From a virus (lineage: Duplodnaviria; Caudoviricetes): 64,000 nucleotides of DNA. Each line of letters begins with the position of its first letter. Position 1 is the stretch's first letter. The notes under the pieces were generated by a model. The model was not told the origin of the DNA and did not search any database. It saw only the letters and a list, made by a program, of their open reading frames with translations. Location of the stretch: IMG/VR virus record IMGVR_UViG_2974644955_000001, positions 10,705-74,704 of that record; one strand, written 5' to 3'. The position numbers were made by a program, and so were the translations under genes. This document shows, piece after piece, positions 45,343-55,242 of this stretch.

Positions 45343-46536
45343 TTAGCTCCCGAGGCTGTTGTTTGTCCTCAGATTAGTCAGAACCTCGTTAACCTCAATG
45401 TTCGTGAACTGAGTTGGAGCCGTCAGACCCTCATCAAGAGTTTTCTGAGTGATCCAAGCATCGTTGAACAATTTGCCCACTTTGTACTGAGCATCCTTGA
45501 TAAAGCTGTCGATCTGTTGAGTGTACAGATCTTTCTGTTTCCCAACGGAACCAACAACAGCAGAACCGTCTGTCCGGGTATCCACAGTCTTGGCACGTTC
45601 AGCTTCATGTTGCTCAGAAACCAAATCAATCTGACGATTGATCAGAGAAGTCTCAGCAGGCTGACGGAGGTTCAGCATGTGTTGCTGCATACCCAGTTCG
45701 ATTGGGAGCATGTTGTCACGACGGAACTCAGCCACATCTGCTTCAGCAGGAACAATACGATCACGCTGGATCTGAGCAATGGCTTCTTCAATTGGTTGAA
45801 GATTCCGGTTCTGGAACTCAGCGATAGCAGCCTGTGCAGGAAGGATACGATCCACCTGTACCTTGTTCATAGCCACAGTCGAAGGCATGACTTCGTTACG
45901 CTCGTAGTGAGTGACAGACAGATCAGCAGGTTGCTGATAGGTCCGCTGGAACTCTTTGATCGCAATATCAGCAGTCACAGAGTCATGGTTCGCTTCTTCC
46001 GTAGCAATCTGCATCTTGGTCAGAGCATACTGAGCAGCGATGAGGTTCAACTGGAAGTTTGCAGTAGCAGCTTCAATCTTCGTCTGTTCCAGACGGATGA
46101 GAGCTTCTGTTGCTTGGATCTCAGCAATTCGGGCCTGCATCTGTGCGGTGACGGCTGCCCATTTTGCTTGGTCTTTCTGGAGAGTGAAGGAAACAGCTTG
46201 TCCCATCACCTGATTGGCCACAGCAGTATAGACTTCTGCGTACTGTGAACCAGTAATTCGATTGCCCTTGAACTCACGCTCAAGGTGTTTGTCCATGGCT
46301 TGCATGAAAACGTCAAAAGCACCTGGACCTTCCAGAGTGCCTTCACCCGCTGTAACCTCTGCAATTGTTGCAGCACTGACATCAGAATACAGAGCCGAAG
46401 TCGGATCTGGACTGAAGTCATACTTTGGGTCAGAGAAGTCAGGAGCGGCGGGGATCGAAATCCCCACCGTCAGAGCGTCAAAAAGACCATTCGCCAAATC
46501 AGACGAGTTATCTACGTTGGTGAAAGTATCAGCCAT
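45343..46536 (-). CDS. Virion structural protein (N4 gp54-like) with 15-aa repeats
   Basis: GAFDVFMQA...HLEREF..RITGSQYAEVY and GSVGKQKDLY..QI motifs; synteny. Confidence 0.8.
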   Translation of the reverse strand: MADTFTNVDNSSDLANGLFDALTVGISIPAAPDFSDPKYDFSPDPTSALYSDVSAATIAEVTAGEGTLEGPGAFDVFMQAMDKHLEREFKGNRITGSQYAEVYTAVANQVMGQAVSFTLQKDQAKWAAVTAQMQARIAEIQATEALIRLEQTKIEAATANFQLNLIAAQYALTKMQIATEEANHDSVTADIAIKEFQRTYQQPADLSVTHYERNEVMPSTVAMNKVQVDRILPAQAAIAEFQNRNLQPIEEAIAQIQRDRIVPAEADVAEFRRDNMLPIELGMQQHMLNLRQPAETSLINRQIDLVSEQHEAERAKTVDTRTDGSAVVGSVGKQKDLYTQQIDSFIKDAQYKVGKLFNDAWITQKTLDEGLTAPTQFTNIEVNEVLTNLRTNNSLGS

Positions 46537-46576
46537 TTTTACACCCTTCTCCTGTGTTCACTTCCATATAGCCATA

Positions 46577-47311
46577 TTACGCAGCGATGTCGATTGCTCC
46601 GCGAGCCTTCTGGTCTTGAGCCAAACCTTGAAGCTCTTCCAATGACAGATCAGGAAGAATCTCAATGTTGTATTTTGGCATCTGGATGGTCTTGTACTGT
46701 TTGACACCGAACGAAGAAACCTGGCCACGAACCTTGGATTCTTTCCGCATCGTGTACTTCTCTTCACGGAGAACATTCAGCAGGATCTGTGGAACGTGCC
46801 AGCCATGTTCGTTCTCGTCACCGAAGGGGATGTATTTCGACACCTTCCCGGTGAACTTGTTGTAAGCCGTCTTGATGACGCCTTCGAGAGCAGAGTCATT
46901 GGGATCGAGATTGTGAACCCGACAACGAATCAACTTCATTGCTCGTGCTCGGACAATCGCACGTCGTTCAACGTCAGAGAGACCTTTGGCATGAGGATCC
47001 ATGAGAGCCTGTGCAGTACGAGGCATGTCGAGGATCTTCTTTGGTTCAGTTTTCACTGGGCCTGTCGGTTCTGCTTGCTTTGCAGCAAGAGCTTTCATCA
47101 CCGGATCTTCCATATCGAGATCCTCATCTTCTGGACCTTCAGCTTTGGCTTGAAGAACAGGGATCAGTTTCTCTTTGAGAGTACCGACACCCGTGTTGCC
47201 AGAAAACGACACTTCGAGTTCGTTGGCGATGTACCGGAGCACTTCTTTGTCGTCGGTGTTTTCGACGATCACCAGAAGCTCTTCCGGGGTTTTGTTCGTG
47301 ATATCATCCAT
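46577..47311 (-). CDS. N4 gp55-like conserved protein
   Basis: KLIRCRVHNLDPND, KYIPFG, WHVPQILL, KYNIEILPDLSLEELQGLAQDQ; position after MCP. Confidence 0.8.
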   Translation of the reverse strand: MDDITNKTPEELLVIVENTDDKEVLRYIANELEVSFSGNTGVGTLKEKLIPVLQAKAEGPEDEDLDMEDPVMKALAAKQAEPTGPVKTEPKKILDMPRTAQALMDPHAKGLSDVERRAIVRARAMKLIRCRVHNLDPNDSALEGVIKTAYNKFTGKVSKYIPFGDENEHGWHVPQILLNVLREEKYTMRKESKVRGQVSSFGVKQYKTIQMPKYNIEILPDLSLEELQGLAQDQKARGAIDIAA

Positions 47312-47375
47312 TGGGTTATTCCTTTTCAGTTACCATGGTGGAAACCGCTTAACATACCCTAAAACCTAGAGCAAG

Positions 47376-47403
47376 AAATGAAAGAGGCACCCGAAGGTGC
47401 CTC
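47376..47403 (-). terminator. Terminator downstream of the major capsid gene
   Basis: Minus strand GAGGCACC-TTCG-GGTGCCTC followed by TTTCATTT. Confidence 0.85.
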
Positions 47404-47425
47404 AATCAGTGTTATGTGCCTGAGA

Positions 47426-48871
47426 TTACTCAGGGATCGGGCTGTACGCCACGGCCATACGTTCGCCACGCAGCTTGATAAAGCCGTAGAAGAACTTGAT
47501 CGAGGAGAACCCGATCTTGCCGTATGGGTCAGTCCGGTCAGCAGTTTTCTCACCGGGCTTCTTGACGATGATCCGGAACTTGGCTTTGCCAGCACCAGTC
47601 ATGCCTTGCAGACCGATGGTTGCGAATGCCTCGTTACCGATGACCAGGAGAGGAGCCACGTCGTAGCGACCGCCAGTAGCTTGGTAGCCACCGTTGGTGC
47701 CTTCAGCAGCACCGACACCCTGCCAGCGCATCATCTGCGGAACAACGATGATACGAAGATGAGCAGTTGGAATCGCACCAATCTCACCGTTCATGATCGT
47801 CGCTGCATCAGCATACTGCTCGACAGGAACGAAGTCCGCCCAGTCGGAGAGCATGATCTGAAGTTCCGAACCAATGTAAGCAATGCGAGAAGCACTGATC
47901 ACACGAGTGTCGGTCATCCGCGAACCTTTGATGATTGTGGTTTTCTTCGGAGTCCGGTTGTCATCCAGGATGACGCTCAGACGCTTCAGATCACCAACAT
48001 CAAGAGCAGTGACAGCACCATCAGCACCGGAGACTTCAGTGACAGAAGTTGCCACACCCGGATAGATTTTGACATCAGCAGCGTTCAGAAGGTCAGCTTG
48101 CAGAAGATCTTCGTAGATCTCGTTGGCACCGCGCAGCATCTCACGGGACAGGTGGCCGTAGAGTTCCGAGTCCGTATCGAACATCAGAGAATCTTCGGTC
48201 CATTCCATGAAGAAACCGTGCTCCTGGATTTCACCTTTGCGTTCCAGACGAGTGAAGCCAACGCGGTTCACGCGGCCACCTTGTTCAGTCAGCGTAGGCA
48301 TTTTGCCCAGGATAGTACCAACGTCACGCGAACCACCGTAGAGGGAGCCTGCGTTTTCCTGCTTCACACCAGCGCCAGCAGCAGTGATTGCTGTATCGGC
48401 CAGAGCTTCGGTTGCATAGTGAATGACGTTCGTGGTGAACGTGATCAGCGTATGCGTGGCACCAGAAGGACCATCACCACCAGCGGCAGCAACAACTTCA
48501 GCAGTACCAGTTGCCGAGTTTACGTTGTCGTTGATCGCAGTTACGGCAGCAGCCGCACTTGCATCGAGAACTTCGACAACAGCAGGGAACGTAACAGTGA
48601 AAGTACCCGGAACACGGGCAACACCGTTGGCGTCGATACCTTGGTCATTCACGTTGAGATCGTCCAAGAGTGGGACGTAGTAAAAGACCTTCAGTTCCTT
48701 ACCGAAATGCTTCGGCATGGATTTTGCGTCAGCCAGCGGAGAGAAATACATCTCTTCGGCAGCGTCCATGAGGGACTTTCGGTCCCAGTAGTGAGTATTG
48801 AACTGAGGACCAACCGAGCTTTGCGGCGAGCCATCAACACCCACTTTAGGTGCGTTATAAATCTGAGCCAT
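47426..48871 (-). CDS. Major capsid protein (N4 gp56-like)
   Basis: MPKHFGKELKVFYYVPLLDD, GGRVNRVGFTR, DPYGKIGFSSIKFFYG match recalled N4 MCP motifs. Confidence 0.95.
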   Translation of the reverse strand: MAQIYNAPKVGVDGSPQSSVGPQFNTHYWDRKSLMDAAEEMYFSPLADAKSMPKHFGKELKVFYYVPLLDDLNVNDQGIDANGVARVPGTFTVTFPAVVEVLDASAAAAVTAINDNVNSATGTAEVVAAAGGDGPSGATHTLITFTTNVIHYATEALADTAITAAGAGVKQENAGSLYGGSRDVGTILGKMPTLTEQGGRVNRVGFTRLERKGEIQEHGFFMEWTEDSLMFDTDSELYGHLSREMLRGANEIYEDLLQADLLNAADVKIYPGVATSVTEVSGADGAVTALDVGDLKRLSVILDDNRTPKKTTIIKGSRMTDTRVISASRIAYIGSELQIMLSDWADFVPVEQYADAATIMNGEIGAIPTAHLRIIVVPQMMRWQGVGAAEGTNGGYQATGGRYDVAPLLVIGNEAFATIGLQGMTGAGKAKFRIIVKKPGEKTADRTDPYGKIGFSSIKFFYGFIKLRGERMAVAYSPIPE

Positions 48872-48900
48872 GGTGTTTTCCTTTCAAGATCTCAGAGGTT

Positions 48901-50247
48901 TCACTCGGGAGGAGCCAACTTGGCGAATTCCTCATCCGACATTTTGTCGAAATCAACCTGACTCTTATTCGGAGTCGCGGACTGTTTCGATGGTGGTGTC
49001 GAAGAAAGATGTGGATTGGCAGCAGGTTTCTTCGGTGCCTGTTGCTTCCTTCCTCCCGTTGCGAGTGGGGTGTTCTGAGGTTGGCCCTGACGTACAGGAG
49101 CCATCGAACTTCCACCAGTAGCGGGATCATTTGGAGAACTGAGAACACCAGCATTCTTCATGGCTTCGCCAACTTGATCGAATGCCTGAAGGAAGGGTAC
49201 TCCCTGCAAGTATCCGAGCGATTGCTGATACTTCAACTCTTCTACCACCTTGTCGTACACACCGCTCGACTTGAATCCTTGAAGAGTGCCGAGAATACTC
49301 GGGTTTTCGCGGAGACGTGCTTTGGATGTCTGATCCCAGTCTTTGTGGATATGACTTACCAGAGCCTGACCTTCCGGTGAGGTTAGTGCCATTTCCAACG
49401 CATCCCGGAAGTCATTATCCTGCGACGTGCCTTGGTAGTTATTTGCCTGATAACCTGAATCTTTTTCAGTATCAAGGTCCATCGGGTCAATATTGTGACT
49501 TTTTAGCAACTGTGTAATCGCTGCCTTGTCACCTTTTGACAGGTCGATCAGGAAATTGAGCTTCGAAGGATCATTCAATTTCTGGTCTTCCAGCATCCGA
49601 TTCAGTTGACGCATCGGTTTGATTTCCTGCATCCGACGTGAATAATTCACACCTTGCTGCATCAAACGAATTGCATCTTCTGGAGTTCGAACAGTGATGT
49701 CCCGGCCATCAGCCTTGAACGGCACAGTAATCTTCTGGAAGAAACCAACGGCTTCATCCACTGCTGCTGTGTCCATTCCTTCAGGAAGTTTGTAATAGCC
49801 TGCTTTCGCTGGAGTTTCCTTGCCAGCCTTTACAGGTTTTCCGTCTCCGGCTTCTTCATCGGGAGCCTTCCCTTCTTCTTCGGCGTCTGCTTTGGGTTGC
49901 TCACCTTCTTCAGTTTCACCGCTTTCTTCGGGTGCTGGTTCTCCTTCACCTGAAAGGGGATCTTTTCCGGGAGCTTCTTCTGCTTCCGGGTTTTCTTCAG
50001 ATTGCTCAGAGGCGCTGGGATCATCGTTCCCGTCGGACTCATCAGGAGCAACACCGTCAGGAGGTGTGTCCCCAGCGTCAGAAGGTTCGGCAGGAAGTTC
50101 GTTCGAGACTTGCGTTGAGTCATCTTCATCTCCGTTGTTGGAAAGTGTGGTTTCGCCTTCGGGTACGTTACCCGCAAACTGTTCCTCATCCAACTTCAGG
50201 AAATCTTCGTCAGACATCTTGTCAAAATCGAGTTCTTTTTTAGCCAT
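48901..50247 (-). CDS. Acidic scaffold-like protein (N4 gp57-like)
   Basis: Very acidic N-terminal half; FKADGR.I, IRLMQQGVNYSRRMQ; position between portal and MCP. Confidence 0.8.
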   Translation of the reverse strand: MAKKELDFDKMSDEDFLKLDEEQFAGNVPEGETTLSNNGDEDDSTQVSNELPAEPSDAGDTPPDGVAPDESDGNDDPSASEQSEENPEAEEAPGKDPLSGEGEPAPEESGETEEGEQPKADAEEEGKAPDEEAGDGKPVKAGKETPAKAGYYKLPEGMDTAAVDEAVGFFQKITVPFKADGRDITVRTPEDAIRLMQQGVNYSRRMQEIKPMRQLNRMLEDQKLNDPSKLNFLIDLSKGDKAAITQLLKSHNIDPMDLDTEKDSGYQANNYQGTSQDNDFRDALEMALTSPEGQALVSHIHKDWDQTSKARLRENPSILGTLQGFKSSGVYDKVVEELKYQQSLGYLQGVPFLQAFDQVGEAMKNAGVLSSPNDPATGGSSMAPVRQGQPQNTPLATGGRKQQAPKKPAANPHLSSTPPSKQSATPNKSQVDFDKMSDEEFAKLAPPE

Positions 50248-50292
50248 GATATTTCTCCATCATTGGGCTTCAGGGAAAGTGAAGAGCCAGGG

Positions 50293-50676
50293 TTATTCCC
50301 CGGCTGCCTCTTTGATTGCGAGATCTCGTGCTTCTTCCAGACCTTTGATTTCATCTTCAGCCATGTTGGACTGTTCGACGATGTTCTTCATATAGTTCCG
50401 GAATTTGCCGACTGCTTTGATCGACTCAGTGCAGTCATCGGCCACTTTGTCATTGAGACGACCAGACGAGAGCAGTTCTGCCATTCGACTTGGTTCATCA
50501 ACAAAATAACCCTGCATGATCAGCAGTTTGAAGTCTGCATTGTCTGCAAGACGACGAGCAGCCTCACCCTTTGCGATGATATCGGCAAAGTGAGCTTTGG
50601 CTTCTTCATACTGTTCATGGGTCAGTTCGATGGTTTCGGGTTCTTCTTCACCCAGAGACGCATTGTATAGGTCCAT
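50293..50676 (-). CDS. N4 gp58-like small coiled protein
   Basis: LADNADFKLLIMQGYF motif; synteny. Confidence 0.75.
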   Translation of the reverse strand: MDLYNASLGEEEPETIELTHEQYEEAKAHFADIIAKGEAARRLADNADFKLLIMQGYFVDEPSRMAELLSSGRLNDKVADDCTESIKAVGKFRNYMKNIVEQSNMAEDEIKGLEEARDLAIKEAAGE

Positions 50677-50728
50677 TGGACACCTCCAGCAATTGACTAG
50701 AACCCTGCCTTTCAGGGTTCCTTCAGTC

Positions 50729-53134
50729 TTACTGGGTGCTCAATGGACCAATTGGAACTCTTTGTCCAGCCTGTTGATCAAGCTGGGGAGGAACCATCGA
50801 AGGATCTGAGAAGCCTGAACCAAGGGCAGGAGCACCAGATGGACCCGTTCCAGGAGCAGGGCCACTAGAGATCGGATTGTTCACTGGTGAGAAGGTGTTA
50901 CGCTTTCCTTCTGCTTCCTGAACCTTGTTGTATCCGACGGCTGCCTCGATCATTCCCGATGGAGTTTCACCATTCAGGAGAGCCTTGGTGATCTCCAAGC
51001 TACGGTTGCCAGCAGCTTGAGCACCCATCTTCTCAACATCACGCTCATGCTTCATGCCAGACATCAGATCATCAGCTTCTTCCAGAAGTTTCGCAGCACG
51101 AGCACGGGCTTCTTCTGCACGAGCAGCATCAAGTACGATCTCGCCTTCAACCTTCTTGAGTTCAGCTTCTGCCATTGCAACCTGCATTGGATCAGGCTGT
51201 GGCTGATAGGAACGAAGTTGTTCTGCCAGATCAGGCATACGCTTGAGATCTGCAATCTTGGCCAGAATGATCTGACGAAGACTTGGATCCATGTCAGGAC
51301 CAACAGTCTGAAGAACCATACCAAGATCTGTGGCACGTTGTTCATCAACCGAAGCAGTGGAGATGTCCACTTTCAGATCGAAGTTACCCATGAGTTCTTC
51401 ACGAGAAACCTCAACAAACTCTTCGTTGGTTACACGGACAATCTCTTTTTCGCTCAAGAACTTAGCGTTCATGGCGATCATCTTTGTACCAATCGCCTGC
51501 ATACCTTTTGCAAGACGACGGAGGATGCTCATCTCCCGAGTAGCAGCACTGTCGAGAGCGCCCCGAATACCAGTAGCAACTGACCCATAGGCATCACCTG
51601 AAATACCCCCACTAAAGGACTTAACACCAGTGAGAGCTTCTGCTTCCGCATTCTGCATTTGAATCGTTTCATGGGCTGACCTCGGAATTTCCGGATACTC
51701 CATTTGGCGGATATTCGCCTTTGGATCACCGTTGGGGTTAAACTCGAAGTCTTCTCCATTGACGAATCGACGCTTGTTGACAGGATCCAGGAATCCTTTT
51801 GCATACCCCGTTTGTGCGTTCGCAGACCGACCCATAAGGTCAATCACACCGCGAGTAACAGCACCAATGATGCGTTGGTTGTCTTGGAGCAGCGAGGCGT
51901 CGGCTTCACCGAAGACCGACTTGAGAATAGGCATATATGGAACGATGACAAACGGAGGACGCTTGTCAGGGAATGGGTTTTCACGCATCTCGATAATGGT
52001 TTCACCAACCCAAGTTACCACAATGGGAACCATGATTCCGTTGTCATAGATGTCATACAGACCCCAGTATTCGTAAACCAAGACCTTCTGTTTGTCTGTG
52101 GCTCCGGTCCCTGAAGTACGCATGTCGTTGTTCGGGGTGTTGGATTCATGATCCGGGTTGCCAGCATTCGATTGAATCTTGGCAGACTCCCAGTTCACAT
52201 TTTCCAGGTTCTGATATGTACCCTTCTTGGCCATCAGTTCTGACTTGGTGGCTTCGTAGGTGTAGACCATGTACTGCGACTGTTCCCAGTCACCTTCACA
52301 GGAAGGATCGACGAAGAGGTTTGCAATGTTCACGATACGAACAGACGGGCAGTTCTTCACCATCCGCTCTTCAACAGTCTCGACGACACCATCAGGTTCA
52401 GCCGTAACTGGCTGACCGATCTCAGCAGATTTCTCAGCAGCAGCTTTGAGGGACTCAGGAAGAGACTCCCAATCAGCAACTTCAGCCTGCATCATCTGCA
52501 TGGCTTGTTGAACCATCTGAGCTTCTTCTTCAGACTGCACAGGGTAGAAATTGAAGTTGGTGGTCTCAACAGTTTCCTTGCGGTATTCCTGTTCCCAACC
52601 AACACGAACCACAACAGAACCTTCATCCACGGCTGTACGTACATACCGATCAATGAAGTCAGTTTTGTTGATCTTGGTATCCCACTGCCAGTTCAGGAGG
52701 ATCTGGTTCTGCTTGGCTTTTGGTGCGTCTTCATGAGTACGAGGAAGAACCTCGAACATCCGATCCGTATTCAAGAACGGTTCACTCAGAGCAGGATAAC
52801 GCCATTCGTTGTGTTTGCGAATGAGCTTGGGCTGAACAGCAGATCGACCCGGCTTTGCCTTCTTCGGAGCTTCAGCCCCGGTAGCATTCCGAAGATCCAA
52901 CCATCCATCAACGTTGCTTTTCTGGTCGTTGGTTTCTTGACGAGCAAATTCGAGATCCTGACGAAGATCTTCAAGAGTTGGCTCTTTGGGCCATTCAGTC
53001 AGAGACGACTTGGATTCACCTTGAGTCGATTCTTCCATGATTGCTTCATCCAGATTCTCTGGATCAACACCTTTGTTGACCGCACTCTCGTTACGGTTCT
53101 CCGACTGTTTGTATGTGTTTTCGTCATTCATCAT
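50729..53134 (-). CDS. Portal protein (N4 gp59-like)
   Basis: VQPKLIRKHNEWRYPALSEPFL, LVYEYWG, ENPFPDKRPPFVIVPYMP, EALTGVKSFSGGISG. Confidence 0.93.
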   Translation of the reverse strand: MMNDENTYKQSENRNESAVNKGVDPENLDEAIMEESTQGESKSSLTEWPKEPTLEDLRQDLEFARQETNDQKSNVDGWLDLRNATGAEAPKKAKPGRSAVQPKLIRKHNEWRYPALSEPFLNTDRMFEVLPRTHEDAPKAKQNQILLNWQWDTKINKTDFIDRYVRTAVDEGSVVVRVGWEQEYRKETVETTNFNFYPVQSEEEAQMVQQAMQMMQAEVADWESLPESLKAAAEKSAEIGQPVTAEPDGVVETVEERMVKNCPSVRIVNIANLFVDPSCEGDWEQSQYMVYTYEATKSELMAKKGTYQNLENVNWESAKIQSNAGNPDHESNTPNNDMRTSGTGATDKQKVLVYEYWGLYDIYDNGIMVPIVVTWVGETIIEMRENPFPDKRPPFVIVPYMPILKSVFGEADASLLQDNQRIIGAVTRGVIDLMGRSANAQTGYAKGFLDPVNKRRFVNGEDFEFNPNGDPKANIRQMEYPEIPRSAHETIQMQNAEAEALTGVKSFSGGISGDAYGSVATGIRGALDSAATREMSILRRLAKGMQAIGTKMIAMNAKFLSEKEIVRVTNEEFVEVSREELMGNFDLKVDISTASVDEQRATDLGMVLQTVGPDMDPSLRQIILAKIADLKRMPDLAEQLRSYQPQPDPMQVAMAEAELKKVEGEIVLDAARAEEARARAAKLLEEADDLMSGMKHERDVEKMGAQAAGNRSLEITKALLNGETPSGMIEAAVGYNKVQEAEGKRNTFSPVNNPISSGPAPGTGPSGAPALGSGFSDPSMVPPQLDQQAGQRVPIGPLSTQ

Positions 53135-53138
53135 CGAA

Positions 53139-53429
53139 TTACCTCAAGATTTCCGAGAGTTCTTCATAACCCTGTACAGCAATATCTTTTTCTTGGCCAC
53201 ACTCAATCAAAGCATCACCAAGTCGGCCCATACGTATCTCATCTGAACCAATAGTAGAACCCCGGACAGTTTTGATCACGTCCGAAGGGTGTGGACATGG
53301 ATCGGACACATTCTCAGGGAGAGGTTGGAGACGGACCCCACCGTTGCTCCAGCCGCTGCAAGCCGCCAGTGGTAGCAATGCCAGGACCAGAAGAACCTTC
53401 GGCAGTAAGTGCTTGATTTTCCAATTCAT
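53139..53429 (-). CDS. Outer-membrane spanin (o-spanin, Rz1-like lipoprotein)
   Basis: Lipobox LAAC, Pro-rich, CPHP and ALIECG; overlaps the i-spanin 3' end. Confidence 0.82.
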   Translation of the reverse strand: MNWKIKHLLPKVLLVLALLPLAACSGWSNGGVRLQPLPENVSDPCPHPSDVIKTVRGSTIGSDEIRMGRLGDALIECGQEKDIAVQGYEELSEILR

Positions 53430-53646
53430 TGATCAGACCCTCTTTCTCACGGTTCAGTCGCAAGATCTCTGCGTTCTTTACGCTGAGAGTCTCATTCAAA
53501 TCAAGCAGATCGTTCTGGAGTTCCTGACGGTCCTCTTCAAACTGTTCAATCTGGTTCACTGTACCTTTGTGGTATCCATATGCAAAAGCTCCCCCAAGAA
53601 GGGAGAGCGTTGCCACTAAGATGATAATTTCTCTTTGACCGATCAT
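53314..53646 (-). CDS. Inner-membrane spanin (i-spanin, Rz-like)
   Basis: N-terminal TM followed by coiled coil; directly downstream of the endolysin. Confidence 0.82.
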   Translation of the reverse strand: MIGQREIIILVATLSLLGGAFAYGYHKGTVNQIEQFEEDRQELQNDLLDLNETLSVKNAEILRLNREKEGLINELENQALTAEGSSGPGIATTGGLQRLEQRWGPSPTSP

Positions 53647-54290
53647 TGCATCACCATTCTGTCACGAAGGATGTCCCCAACAATTCGTGCATCAACAGCA
53701 CGAGTGTATCCTGGCAGAACTTTGTAGTCCCACTTGAATCGTTGACGAACACCCAGGTTTTGTTGAACTTCAGCATGGCTGAGAGTTGTCCATGGAGAAA
53801 CAGGAATGTCATATTCCTCACACAGATCCATGGTCCAGCCAAGCATTGCATCAATGCCTTCCCACGTCAGTGGGTTGGATCCCCAGTTAAGGGGAGATTC
53901 TTTGGCTCCAGCCATTGCATCCACGGAAAGGCCAAGCCAGCCAGTATTCATAGATTTTGTATGACTCGCCCCAATGCCGTTTCGCCAGTCGTAATTGACC
54001 TGATCCTGCACTGAGTGATTGCCGTCAAATACGTTACCCACACGGTCAAACAGCCAGTTGTAGTGATCACGTTCAAGTTCAATAATGCCATGAGCACCAG
54101 CAGTCCAATGCCAGACAACCCCACGAATTCCCCGAGTGAACAGATCTTTGGCATGACGTACCCCTTTGATTTTCATTGCTTCTTGGATACCAGCCCGTGT
54201 CTTTGGACCCATCATCCCATCAACGGTCAAAACGGGACCACCCATGATCCCGTTGACTCGTCCTTGGTATTCGCGTGCTGTAAACATCAT
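53643..54290 (-). CDS. Endolysin, N-acetylmuramoyl-L-alanine amidase with N-terminal peptidoglycan-binding element
   Basis: LTVDGMMGPKT PG-binding motif; VVWHWTAG, HTKSMNTGWLGLS, LSHAEV amidase_2 motifs. Confidence 0.88.
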   Translation of the reverse strand: MMFTAREYQGRVNGIMGGPVLTVDGMMGPKTRAGIQEAMKIKGVRHAKDLFTRGIRGVVWHWTAGAHGIIELERDHYNWLFDRVGNVFDGNHSVQDQVNYDWRNGIGASHTKSMNTGWLGLSVDAMAGAKESPLNWGSNPLTWEGIDAMLGWTMDLCEEYDIPVSPWTTLSHAEVQQNLGVRQRFKWDYKVLPGYTRAVDARIVGDILRDRMVMQ

Positions 54291-54856
54291 CGTACTACCT
54301 CTTCCTCAAGATACTCTGAGATCACGTTCAGCGGATTATCTGGGTCATAGACATTTGAGCAGAATGGTCCTGTCGAGTCATCAACTCCAGAATCCGTTGT
54401 GTGTACCTGATACCGAACACACACATAGAAAGGCTCATTCGGAACAAGCGGTGGATCTGACTGCTCATTATCGAACCAAGCAGTCCAAGCCCAGAACTTC
54501 GGATCATCTTCTGCTAGGTTATAATGGCCCATCCCACGTCGTGACGTAAGTCTTGTTCCGTCGGATGTGTACACACTGGCAACCCAGACACCTTCTACGT
54601 GCTGATTGGGATCAGCATCATACTTGATCAACGGTGGAAGATCTGGATCGACATGAACCAACTCAACAGTTGCAGTGATAAAGGGACGAGGTGCAAAGAA
54701 CTCGTCATACACCTTTTGGTAAGCTGTCTGGCCAAAAATCATCATGACACAAAGAATGACTCCAGCGATCATCACTCGCAAATCATCTTTGTTTTTGTTT
54801 CCACTTTTCTCAACACGGAGTTGTGGCATCATGGTTGTTTTGCTTTCGTGGTTCAT
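54287..54856 (-). CDS. Type II membrane protein in the lysis cassette (function unknown)
   Basis: Single N-terminal TM and a predicted periplasmic beta domain with two Cys; GTGA/ATGA coupled to holin and endolysin. Confidence 0.7.
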   Translation of the reverse strand: MNHESKTTMMPQLRVEKSGNKNKDDLRVMIAGVILCVMMIFGQTAYQKVYDEFFAPRPFITATVELVHVDPDLPPLIKYDADPNQHVEGVWVASVYTSDGTRLTSRRGMGHYNLAEDDPKFWAWTAWFDNEQSDPPLVPNEPFYVCVRYQVHTTDSGVDDSTGPFCSNVYDPDNPLNVISEYLEEEVVR

Positions 54857-55242
54857 TGGTTTTCCTCCGAATCGACGATGCGACCATCAGGCCCATACTC
54901 CCGTTGAGTAGGTTTCAGTGCATCATTGGACTCGCCACTAATAAACCGCTCTACGAGAGTCACGGCGACAAGTCCAATAAGAAATGAAGCAGCGGTGAGG
55001 GTTCCCATCGCTCCTGCCATTTCGTCAGGAAGATCTCCAATCCACGGTTTCATCAATACAGGTCCAAGCACACCGACGCCAAATGCGACGGCTCCACCTA
55101 CGAATACTACACGAAGACCTTCTTTCCATCCAGTTTTCAATACGGCTGCCCTCACTGAACCACCCAGCGCACCGAAAAACGTAAGGATTCCGGCACGTTG
55201 GTTGAACACTTCCAAGATAAGGTTTGGGTCTCTTTCGCTCAT
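54853..55242 (-). CDS. Putative holin
   Basis: Small protein with 2-3 TM segments and charged C-terminus, heading the lysis cassette. Confidence 0.75.
   Translation of the reverse strand: MSERDPNLILEVFNQRAGILTFFGALGGSVRAAVLKTGWKEGLRVVFVGGAVAFGVGVLGPVLMKPWIGDLPDEMAGAMGTLTAASFLIGLVAVTLVERFISGESNDALKPTQREYGPDGRIVDSEENQ

Noticed and set aside
47378-48961. 527-aa plus-strand ORF antisense to the major capsid gene
   Set aside because: Shadow ORF: it mirrors a strongly codon-biased gene, has no RBS or recognisable motifs, and crosses the MCP terminator
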